Source: Desulfobulbus propionicus DSM 2032 (GTDB taxonomy: Bacteria; Desulfobacterota; Desulfobulbia; Desulfobulbales; Desulfobulbaceae). Taken from it: 32,000 nucleotides of DNA. The position numbers and the translations under genes are program-made. Positions 1-8,225 of the stretch are shown here, piece after piece; the first letter of the stretch is position 1; every line of letters begins with the position of its first letter. Location: positions 2,010,001-2,042,000 of the forward strand of contig NC_014972.1 in NCBI RefSeq assembly GCF_000186885.1. Direction: 5' to 3'. The notes below the pieces were generated by a model, which did no database searches, was not told the DNA's origin, and saw only the letters and a program-made list of their open reading frames with translations.

Positions 1-369
1 CTGATGCTGCCCCTGGCGCGTCCCAAGGTACTGATCGTGGTTGACGCCGAATTCGTGTCCGGACAGCCGCCCGGACAGGTGCGGCACTGCACGCCAAGGG
101 AGCTGGAACGGCGCAAGGTGGCTGATTTTTCCCTGCACCAGTTTCCCACGGTCAATCTCCTGGCCGAACTGGAAGAGGAGAGCGGCATCGAGGTGCTGTT
201 GCTGCTGGCCCAGGCGGCCTCCCTGCCTGACCACGTCGCTCCGGGACTGTCGCCTCCCATGCAGGCGGCCGTCGACACGGCCTGCGCGCGCCTGCTCGAC
301 CTTGTCGGCTTGCACACCGCTTGCCGACACCACAGTCCCGCAACCGTCCTGGAGGCCGCCGCGTCATGA
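1..369 (+). CDS. Hydrogenase maturation endopeptidase (HyaD/HycI/FrcD-like), 5'-truncated by the window edge
   Basis: Frame is open at the window start. Translation contains LIVVDAEFVSGQPPGQV, resembling the second conserved Asp segment of [NiFe] hydrogenase proteases. It sits directly upstream of a hydrogenase operon, with its stop overlapping the next start (ATGA). Confidence 0.7.
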   Translation: MMLPLARPKVLIVVDAEFVSGQPPGQVRHCTPRELERRKVADFSLHQFPTVNLLAELEEESGIEVLLLLAQAASLPDHVAPGLSPPMQAAVDTACARLLDLVGLHTACRHHSPATVLEAAAS

Positions 370-1844
370 TCTATGAGGTCAAGGTCAATGATTTGGCCGA
401 AGAGTTCGGGGTCCATCGCAACACTATTCGCAACTGGATCAATTCCGGCGTCCTGCCGGCCCAGGAAGGACCGGGCCGGCGTTACCTGATCCAGTGGGAA
501 GATTACAAACGGCTGTGCGACAAGTACGGCCGCGAACCCCGCATCGCCCCCGATGCGGCAGCGGCCAGCGAACCGTCGCCCGCGCCGCGAACCAACGGCG
601 CGGTACCGGTGCCGGTCCGCCTGGAGGCAAAAACCAACCCGCTCTACACCTCGCCGATTTTGGCCGATGTCTGCCTCACCTGCGGTTCCTGCGCCGGCGC
701 CTGCCCGATCTCCGGCGTTGACGACCTCGATCCGCGCAAAATCATCCGCATGGCCTTCCTCGGCCTGGACGACGAACTGGTGGAAAGCGATTGGCCCTGG
801 AAATGCACCATGTGCGGCAAGTGCGAGGTGGTCTGCCCGATGAACGTCGAGATCGTCCAGCTGCTGCGCCGCATTCGCGCCCGCCGTTCCCGCGACAAAG
901 TGCCGCCAGCGATTCAAAAGGGGGTCATGACCTGCCTGGAGAAGGGCAACAACCTTGGCATTCCCAAGGACGATTTTCTGGCGTTGCTCAAGGAACTGGG
1001 CGAGGAACTCGCCGAGCGGTCATGCCCCGGCTTTGTCACCCCGGTGGATGTGCGCGGCGCGCGGTTGCTGGTGACCGTCAATTCCAAACAGCCCTTTGCC
1101 GAGCCCGACAGCCTTACCTGGTGGTGGAAGATCTTCCATGCCGCCGGCGAATCGTGGACCATCTCCTCCGAATATTGGGAGGGGGTCAACTGGGGGCTGC
1201 ATTCCGGCGATTACAGCGCCATGCGCACCATTGTCAAGCGGATCATCGACAATATCGAACGGCTCAACTGCAAGGCCCTGCTCCTGCCCGAGTGCGGCCA
1301 CGCCTACTACGCCACCCGCTACGCCCTGGAACGCTGGTTTCCCGAGTCGCTCCAGCAATTCAAAATCTACACCGTGTTTGACCTGCTGCTCGAATATCTC
1401 GACCAAGGCCGGATCACGCTCAATCCCAACATCCACACCCAGCTGGCGACCTTCCACGACTCCTGCAACTACGGCCGCAAGTCATTGAAAACCTTTGGCC
1501 ACGGGTATTTCGACGAGGCCCGGACCCTGACCCGCGCTTGCTGTCCCAACTACATCGACATGATCCCCGACCGCGAGGAAAATTACTGCTGCGGGGCCGG
1601 CGGCGGCGCCTGGGCCAGCCCGTTCTGGGCCGAGCGGGTCTATCATGGCCGGATCAAGGCCCGGCAAATCAGCGAGTCCGGAGCCAAGGTGGTGGTCACC
1701 GCCTGCCAGAACTGCCGCGACCAGCTGCAGACCTCGCTCAACCGCGAATTCAATCTCAACATCGACGTCCAATTTGTGTGGGAACTGGTGGCCAATTCCC
1801 TGATCACCCAACCCTCGGATGTCGTGGAGGGCCGCCATGCCTGA
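366..1844 (+). CDS. HdrC/HdrB-like (Fe-S) protein with N-terminal MerR/excisionase-type HTH domain
   Basis: N-terminus MIYEVKVNDLAEEFGVHRNTIRNWINSGVLPAQEGPGRRYLIQWEDY looks like HTH_17. It is followed by two 4Fe-4S motifs (CLTCGSCAGACPIS, CTMCGKCEVVCPMN) and a CCG-domain signature (HDSCNYGRK...NYCCGAGGG...CQNC). ATG 366 overlaps the upstream TGA. Confidence 0.82.
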   Translation: MIYEVKVNDLAEEFGVHRNTIRNWINSGVLPAQEGPGRRYLIQWEDYKRLCDKYGREPRIAPDAAAASEPSPAPRTNGAVPVPVRLEAKTNPLYTSPILADVCLTCGSCAGACPISGVDDLDPRKIIRMAFLGLDDELVESDWPWKCTMCGKCEVVCPMNVEIVQLLRRIRARRSRDKVPPAIQKGVMTCLEKGNNLGIPKDDFLALLKELGEELAERSCPGFVTPVDVRGARLLVTVNSKQPFAEPDSLTWWWKIFHAAGESWTISSEYWEGVNWGLHSGDYSAMRTIVKRIIDNIERLNCKALLLPECGHAYYATRYALERWFPESLQQFKIYTVFDLLLEYLDQGRITLNPNIHTQLATFHDSCNYGRKSLKTFGHGYFDEARTLTRACCPNYIDMIPDREENYCCGAGGGAWASPFWAERVYHGRIKARQISESGAKVVVTACQNCRDQLQTSLNREFNLNIDVQFVWELVANSLITQPSDVVEGRHA

Positions 1845-4800
1845 GCAGACCATGATCGGTTCGGTGCTGGTGGTGGGCGGCGGCATCTCCGGGATGCAGG
1901 CGGCGCTCGACATGGCAGATTCGGGTTACTACGTCTACCTGGTGGAAAAGACCGGAGCCATTGGCGGGGCCATGCCTCAATACAACAAGGTCTTTCCCAC
2001 CAACGACTGCTCGATGTGCATCATCGCGCCCAAGCTGGTCGAGTGCGGCCGCCACCCCAACATCCGTATCATGACCCTGTCGACCGTGCTCGATGTCAAC
2101 GGCCGGGCCGGCAATTTCACCGTGCGGGTGCGCGAATATCCCCGCTACGTCGACACCGCCAAGTGCATCGCCTGCGGCCAGTGCAGCGGCAGCTGCCCGA
2201 AAAGCGTCGACGACTCCTTCAATGCCAACATCACCAAGCGCAAGGCGATCTACATCAAATACCCGCAGGCGGTGCCGCTCAAGTATCAGATCGATCCCCA
2301 GGCGTGCATCCATCTTAACAACGCGGAGAAATGCGGTCTCTGCGCCGAGATCTGCCCACCGGGAGCGATCAATTTCGCCGATCGCGAACGCGACCACGAG
2401 CTCCGGGTGGGCGCGGTGGTCATGGCGCTCGGCTTCCAGGTCTTTGATCCGTCCACGGCCAAGGTCTGGGGCTATGGGGTGTATCCCAACGTGATCACCT
2501 CGCTCCAGTTCGAGCGCTACCTGTCACCGGGCGGTCCCACCGAGGGCCTGCTCACCCGTCCCTCGGACCGCAAGCCAGTGAAGAAGATCGCCTTTCTCCA
2601 GTGCATCGGCAGCCGCGACAAGAACCGCTGCAACAACGAGTACTGCTCGGCGGTGTGCTGCATGTATGCGATCAAGGAGGCGATGACCGTCAAGGAGGCC
2701 AATCCCGAGCTTGAAGTGACCATTTTTTACATGGACATGCGCACCCCGGGCAAGGAGTTCGACCGCTACCTGGAACGGGCGCGCAACGAGTACGGGGTTC
2801 GTTTTGTCCGCTCCCGCATCCACGGGGTCGAACCCAAGGGGCGCAAGGGCGACCTGCGGCTGCATTACATCAGCGTTCAGGGCAAGCAGGTGGAAGAGGT
2901 GGTCGATCTGGTGGTGCTGTCGGTCGGCCTGGAAACCCCGGATTCGATGATCCGCCTGGCGGAAAAGATCGGCATTCACATGACGCCGGACCGCTTTGCC
3001 TCGATCTCGGCCTTCATGCCGGTACACACCTCCAAGCGGGGCGTGTTCACCTGCGGCGCCTTCAACGGCCCGCGCGACATTCCCCAATCGGTGATCGGCG
3101 GCTCGGCGGCGGCGGCCAGCGTCTCGGCCCTGCTGACTCCGGCGCGCCACACCCTGACTCGCACCCTGCCGCCGCCGATGGAACAGGATGTCAGCGGCGA
3201 GGCTCCTCGTATCGGCGTGTTCATCTGCCATTGCGGCACCAACATCGCCGGGGTGGTCGATGTCGAGGAGGTGGCCGCCTATGCTGCCTCCCTGCCGCAG
3301 GTGGTGCACGTGACGCGCAACCTGTTCACCTGTTCCCAGGACACCCAGGATCTGATGGTGCAACAGATCAGGGAAAAAGGCCTCAACCGGATCGTGGTCG
3401 CCGCCTGCACCCCCCGGACCCACGAACCGCTGTTCCGCAAGACCCTCAAGTCGGCCGGGATCAACGAATACCTGATCGAGATGGCCAACATCCGCAACCA
3501 AAACGCCTGGGTGCACAACCAGGAGCCGGACATGGCCACGGCCAAGGCCAAGGATCTGGTCCGCATGGCGGTGGCCAAGGTGACCAGCCAAACGGCCCGC
3601 AAGCCGCTGCGCATCCCCATCGCCCCGTCGGTGCTGATCATCGGCGGCGGCGTGGCCGGGATGACCGCGGCCCTCAACCTGGCCGACCAGGGATACCAGA
3701 TCCATCTGGTGGAAAAAACCACCCAGCTGGGCGGCAATGCCCTGCACCTGTTTCAGACCTGGAACGGTGAGCATGTGCCCCGGTTTTTGAAGGAGCTGAA
3801 AGAGCGGGTGCAGCAGCATCCGCTGATCGAGGTGGCCTACACCAGCACGGTGCTGGCGGTCAGCGGCCATGTGGGCAACTTCACCACCACCATCCGCACC
3901 GGTTCCAGCCGTAAACGGACCATCGAGCACGGGGCGGTGATCATCACCACCGGTGCCAAACGCTACATTCCTGAGGAATTCGAATACGGCAAGATCCCCA
4001 AGGTGGTGGCCTCGATCGAGTTCGACAAACTGCACATGCACAATGAGACCCGGGTGGCGGGCGGCAAGTCCTTTGTGTTTATCCAGTGCGTCGGTTCACG
4101 CAATGAGGAGCGGCCCTACTGCTCCAAATCGTGCTGCACCCACTCGATCCAGAGCGCCATCAAGCTGAAAAAAGAAGTCCCCTCGCGCCAGATCTACATT
4201 CTCTACCGCGAGATCCGCACCTACGGCCAGCGCGAGCGGATCTACAACCAGGCCCGGGAGCTGGGCATCGTCTTCATCAACTACGAGCTACACGGCCCAC
4301 CGCAGATCAAGAAGGCCGATAACGGCGTGCTGGTCGAGGTCTGGGACCATGTGCTCCACCGCCCCCTGGAGATCCGCGCCGATGTGGTCATCCTCGCGGC
4401 CGCCACCCTGGCCAGCCCGGAGGCCGCGGAACTGGCCAGCCTGTTCAAACTGCCGCTCAACAGCGACGGATTTTTCCAGGAGGCGCACGTCAAGCTGCGG
4501 CCGGTGGAGTTCAACGTCGACGGCGTGTTTGTCGCCGGTCTGGCCCACTATCCCAAGCCGCTGGAGGAGTCGATCTCCCAGGCCCTGGCGGCCGCCGCCA
4601 AGGCCGGCCGGCTGCTGGCCCGCAAGGAGATCAATCTGGAGCCCAATGTCGCCCTGGTGAATCCGATCCTCTGCGATGGCTGCGGCCTGTGCGTCGAGGT
4701 TTGCCCCTACCAGGCCATCACCCTGGCGGAATACCGCGATGAGAGCGGAGAACCGCGTAAAACCGTGCATATCGATCAGGTGTTGTGCAAAGGCTGCGGC

Positions 4801-4920
4801 ATCTGCCAGGGCACCTGTCCCAAACGGGGCGTGGATGTGGCCGGCTTCACCTATGCACAGATCGAGGCACAGATCGACGCGGCCCTGGAAATAGCCGAAC
4901 CGGCGGAGGAAGAGGCATGA
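1837..4920 (+). CDS. hdrA: CoB-CoM heterodisulfide reductase subunit A-like protein, long form with two FAD/NAD(P) modules
   Basis: Two GxGxxG-type motifs (VLVVGGGISGMQAALDMA and LIIGGGVAGMTAALNLA), internal 4Fe-4S motifs, and C-terminal tandem CDGCGLCVEVCP / CKGCGICQGTCP. ATG at 1837 overlaps the previous stop. Confidence 0.92.
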   Translation: MPEQTMIGSVLVVGGGISGMQAALDMADSGYYVYLVEKTGAIGGAMPQYNKVFPTNDCSMCIIAPKLVECGRHPNIRIMTLSTVLDVNGRAGNFTVRVREYPRYVDTAKCIACGQCSGSCPKSVDDSFNANITKRKAIYIKYPQAVPLKYQIDPQACIHLNNAEKCGLCAEICPPGAINFADRERDHELRVGAVVMALGFQVFDPSTAKVWGYGVYPNVITSLQFERYLSPGGPTEGLLTRPSDRKPVKKIAFLQCIGSRDKNRCNNEYCSAVCCMYAIKEAMTVKEANPELEVTIFYMDMRTPGKEFDRYLERARNEYGVRFVRSRIHGVEPKGRKGDLRLHYISVQGKQVEEVVDLVVLSVGLETPDSMIRLAEKIGIHMTPDRFASISAFMPVHTSKRGVFTCGAFNGPRDIPQSVIGGSAAAASVSALLTPARHTLTRTLPPPMEQDVSGEAPRIGVFICHCGTNIAGVVDVEEVAAYAASLPQVVHVTRNLFTCSQDTQDLMVQQIREKGLNRIVVAACTPRTHEPLFRKTLKSAGINEYLIEMANIRNQNAWVHNQEPDMATAKAKDLVRMAVAKVTSQTARKPLRIPIAPSVLIIGGGVAGMTAALNLADQGYQIHLVEKTTQLGGNALHLFQTWNGEHVPRFLKELKERVQQHPLIEVAYTSTVLAVSGHVGNFTTTIRTGSSRKRTIEHGAVIITTGAKRYIPEEFEYGKIPKVVASIEFDKLHMHNETRVAGGKSFVFIQCVGSRNEERPYCSKSCCTHSIQSAIKLKKEVPSRQIYILYREIRTYGQRERIYNQARELGIVFINYELHGPPQIKKADNGVLVEVWDHVLHRPLEIRADVVILAAATLASPEAAELASLFKLPLNSDGFFQEAHVKLRPVEFNVDGVFVAGLAHYPKPLEESISQALAAAAKAGRLLARKEINLEPNVALVNPILCDGCGLCVEVCPYQAITLAEYRDESGEPRKTVHIDQVLCKGCGICQGTCPKRGVDVAGFTYAQIEAQIDAALEIAEPAEEEA

Positions 4921-5339
4921 GCGGGCAAGCCAAGATCATTGCCTTCTGTTGCAACTGGTGTTCCTATGCCGCGGCCGACCTGGCCGGCATCTCCCGATTG
5001 CAGTATCCGGGCTCGATCCGCATCATCCGCGTGATGTGCTCGGGCATGGTCCATCCGGAGATGGTCCTCCATGCTCTCAACCGGGGGGCCGAAGGGGTGA
5101 TGATCATCGGCTGCCATCTGGGTGAATGCCACTATATCCGGGGCAACGAGATGGCCCTGGCCCGAGCCGAGGTGATTGCCGATACTCTTGAGGATTTGGG
5201 CTACGAGAGCGAACGGTTCCAGCTCACCTGGGTTTCCTCGGCGGAACCCGAACGGCTGGCCGACGCCTTCCGTTCCATGAGCGCCCGCCTCGCCGTTCTG
5301 CGAGGCGAGACGCCGGCCGAAACCGAGGCCGGCGAGTAG
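4917..5339 (+). CDS. mvhD: Hydrogenase iron-sulfur (delta) subunit MvhD/FrhD family
   Basis: IIAFCCNWCSYAAADLAG...RVMCSGMVHPEMVLHAL..GAEGVMIIGCHLGECHY is diagnostic of MvhD. ATGA overlap with hdrA. Confidence 0.93.
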   Translation: MSGQAKIIAFCCNWCSYAAADLAGISRLQYPGSIRIIRVMCSGMVHPEMVLHALNRGAEGVMIIGCHLGECHYIRGNEMALARAEVIADTLEDLGYESERFQLTWVSSAEPERLADAFRSMSARLAVLRGETPAETEAGE

Positions 5340-5346
5340 GGGAGTC

Positions 5347-6273
5347 ATGCGGCCCCGGCTCAGTTTCGAATGGCTCCATGCCTGCTGCGGCTGCGAAATT
5401 GCCCTGCTCAACAGCGGCGAGTCGCTGCTGCGCCTGCTGGAGCGGGTGGAGATCGTTCATTTTCCCCTGCTGATGGACCACAAATACCACTCCAGGGGCG
5501 AGACCTTCGACCTGCCCGAGGCCGAGATCGGCGTGGTCTCCGGCGGGGTGGCCGACAGGGCGCAGCTGGCGATGCTGAAAACCATGCGTGCCCGCTGCCA
5601 CACCTTGATTGGACTGGGCACCTGCGCCACCCACGGCGGTATTCCCGCCCTGCGCAACCAGTGGAGCGTCGAAACCACCTTGGACACGGTCTATGGACAG
5701 AGTGCGGGCGAACAAGGACTGGTGCCGGCTGCGCTCGCCGCCCCCTTGGATCGGGTCTACAGCGTGGACGAACAGGTGCGGCTCGACCTCTGCCTGCCCG
5801 GCTGTCCACCCCGGCCGGAAACGATCGTGGAGGCGATCGTCGCCCTGATTGACCACAACTCGCCGCGCCTGCCGCGCAAGAGCGTGTGCGAGACCTGCCC
5901 CGCCCAGCGGCAGGGCAAGGGGGCGGAACGGCTGCGCCGTTTTCTCGACAATGCCGATCATGGGGCGGATGAACCTGTCGAGCGAATGCGCTGCCTACTC
6001 GAACAGGGATTGCTGTGCATGGGACCGGTCACCGCCGGCGGCTGCGGCGGCCAGGAGGCGCCACTATGCATCCAGGCACGGGTGCCCTGCCGGGGCTGCT
6101 ACGGTCCGGTGCGGACGGACGGCAACCCCCTGCTGGACATGCTGGGTGCCCTGGCGAGCAACGGTATCGAGTATCGCGGCCTGGTTGACCGCAAGTCGCT
6201 GCTGCGCTTCAGCGGCGCCCACGGCCTGCTCAAGCCGCAACGCCGGCCGAATCTCCACGACCAAGGAAAATAG
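5347..6273 (+). CDS. mvhG: F420-nonreducing-type [NiFe] hydrogenase small subunit
   Basis: FEWLHACCGCEIALLNSGE, GTCATHGGIPAL, LPGCPPRPETI and downstream CxxC..CMGPVTAGGCGG match the NADH:ubiquinone 20 kDa/MvhG family. Confidence 0.9.
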   Translation: MRPRLSFEWLHACCGCEIALLNSGESLLRLLERVEIVHFPLLMDHKYHSRGETFDLPEAEIGVVSGGVADRAQLAMLKTMRARCHTLIGLGTCATHGGIPALRNQWSVETTLDTVYGQSAGEQGLVPAALAAPLDRVYSVDEQVRLDLCLPGCPPRPETIVEAIVALIDHNSPRLPRKSVCETCPAQRQGKGAERLRRFLDNADHGADEPVERMRCLLEQGLLCMGPVTAGGCGGQEAPLCIQARVPCRGCYGPVRTDGNPLLDMLGALASNGIEYRGLVDRKSLLRFSGAHGLLKPQRRPNLHDQGK

Positions 6274-6302
6274 GGCGACGCGTGCGCCTCACAGGGAGCG
6301 GT

Positions 6303-7748
6303 ATGTCACAGGTCATCAGCATCCATCCGGTCACCCGCATCGAAGGCCATGCCCGGGTCGATATCCACCTCGACGAGGTGGGTCGGGTGCGCGACGCCCG
6401 GGTGGCCATCGCCGCCCTGCGCGGGTTCGAACAGTTCGTCATCGGTCGGCCGGCCGAGGAAATTCCCCGGATCGTCAGTCGAATTTGCGGCATCTGTCCG
6501 TGGATGCACCATCTGGCCGCGGTCAAGGCCGTGGATGGCTGCTTTGCCGCCTCGGTACCGCCCGCCGGTCACCTATTGCGCGAACTTTGCCAGATATTGG
6601 CGCATATCCACGACAAAATCCTTCATTTCTTTTTTCTCGCCGCCCCGGACTTCGTGCTTGGACCCGGGGGCGACTACGCCGTGCGCAACATCATGGGTCT
6701 GGTCAAACAGGAACCGGAACTGGCGGCACGGGTGGTGTGCATGCGCCAGCTGGCCACGGCCATGCTGGCCCGTTTCGCCGGCAAGGATATCCATCCGGTG
6801 GCCGGCGTGGTGGGTGGCTTCTCCAAACCGATGCGCAAGGAGGAACAAGCGGCGATGCGGGCCGATGGCCAGCACCTGCTCGATTTCGCCTCCTTTGCCC
6901 TCGATTTCGCCAAGACCAGGGTATTCGCCCGCTTTCAGGAGGAATTGCAGTCTCTGGGCACGATCACCACCGGTTTTCTTGGCACGGTCGATGACCAGGG
7001 CAGCCTGCGACTCTACGACGGCAATCTGCGGCTGATGCGGGCCGATGGCCGCAGTGTCGATTTCCCGGTCAGCGATTATGAGCGGTTTCTTGCCGAACAT
7101 GTCGAATCCTGGTCCTCGGCCAAAATGGTCTATGCCAAGTGCTGGGGCGAGGGCTTTCGCCTCGACCCAAAGGCGCCCCAGGGGATTTACCGGGTCAATA
7201 CCCTGGCCCGGCTCAATGTCTGCGACCAGATCGCCACCCCCCGTGCCCAAGCCGAGTTGGAGGCATTCCGTGAACGCTTCGGCCGCCCGGCCCAGGGAAC
7301 CCTGCTCTATCACTGGGCGCGATTGATCGAACTGGTCCACGCCTGTGAACGGGCCTTGGAACTGCTGGCGGACGACCGGATCACCGCCCCCCAGGCGCGC
7401 CTGCCGGCGCAGCCCGCAGCGGGCAGGGGAATCGGCCATGTCGAGGCGCCGCGCGGCACCCTGATCCACGACTACACCACCGATGACAACGGCTGCATCA
7501 CCCGGGCCAATCTCATTGTCGGCACCACCCACAACATCGCGCCGATGAACCTGAGCGTGCACCAGGCCGCAGCCCGCCTGATCGCCGACGGTGAGGTGGA
7601 CGAGGAGATCCTCAACCGGATCGAGATGGCCATCCGGGCCTACGACCCGTGAATTTCCTGCGCCACGCACCGCCTGGATGGCGGGCTGCCACTGACTGTA
7701 ACCCTGGTTGACCATCACGGCGCGCCGGTCCGTTTCCTGCGGCGCTAA
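6303..7748 (+). CDS. mvhA: [NiFeSe] hydrogenase large subunit, MvhA/VhuA-type, with predicted selenocysteine encoded by TGA 7650-7652
   Basis: L1 motif RICGICPWMHHLAAVKAVD. The ORF track ends at ...MAIRAYDP-TGA, but the same frame continues ISCATHRLDGGLPLTVTLVDHHGAPVRFLRR-TAA (7746-7748). This gives DPUISCATH, equivalent to the invariant DPCxxCxxH. Confidence 0.92.
7670..7684 (+). promoter_or_regulatory. Putative bacterial SECIS apical stem-loop for UGA 7650-7652
   Basis: CCGCC-TGGAT-GGCGG is a perfect 5-bp stem. The G-containing apical loop starts 23 nt after the UGA. Further weaker lower-stem pairing is possible (e.g. 7668/7685, 7667/7686). Confidence 0.6.
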
Positions 7749-7751
7749 CAA

Positions 7752-8048
7752 ATGACCATCCTCGCGGGCCGCATGGCCCGCCCTTGGTACCCTATGAACG
7801 AAAACATGGAAGAAAAGCATCGCAAAATCGTCCGGGTCGAGGCCCCCAACTGCGCCTGCGGCTGCGTCGGCCACATGACCGCCGACGAGCTCAAGCAACG
7901 AGCGGCCAATGACGACATGGACCTCTCCTGTCCGATCTGCGGCCTGATCCACCTCAGCCGCGAAGAGATCGACGACCTGGAGAAGCAGAAAGTGGTCAAC
8001 TCGAAACGGTACCGGGAAATCCAGCGTCAAGCCGAATCCGTGGGATGA
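7752..8048 (+). CDS. Small Cys-rich hypothetical protein (start uncertain; 7794 and 7806 also possible)
   Basis: ORF with NCACGCVGHMTADELKQ...LSCPICGLIHLSREEIDDLEKQK, two Cys clusters suggesting metal binding. Lies between hydrogenase and hyp genes on the same strand. Confidence 0.6.
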   Translation: MTILAGRMARPWYPMNENMEEKHRKIVRVEAPNCACGCVGHMTADELKQRAANDDMDLSCPICGLIHLSREEIDDLEKQKVVNSKRYREIQRQAESVG

Positions 8049-8225
8049 CGACGCGGCGGTTGCCCACTATCCGGCACGCAGAGCAGGCTATGCCAGTTGG
8101 GCAAGATGTTCACAAAAGAAAAAAGATGGTGCAAAAGACTGCTTGCTGCTAGACTGCTTTTTGTGGTCGAAGCCGGCATTTGATCCATTCCCCGCAAGGG
8201 ATCTTCCACCCGTTCACGAATCAGC

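Noticed and set aside
2524-4041. Long minus-strand ORF (505 aa) opposite hdrA
   Set aside because: Antisense shadow ORF in high-GC sequence. The plus strand encodes clear HdrA motifs across the whole interval.
7650-7652. TGA as a genuine stop, i.e. a C-terminally truncated or pseudogenised hydrogenase large subunit
   Set aside because: Downstream in-frame codons exactly restore xSCATH of the L2 motif and a normal cleavable tail. This would be very unlikely if the frame were not translated.
6573-8030. Long minus-strand ORF (485 aa) opposite the hydrogenase large subunit
   Set aside because: Shadow ORF. The plus strand has conserved hydrogenase motifs, and the minus translation resembles no family.
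8120-8155. Short direct repeat GACTGCTT...GACTGCTT between the small Cys-rich gene and hypF
   Set aside because: Only two 8-nt copies with no array structure; not enough to call a repeat element.
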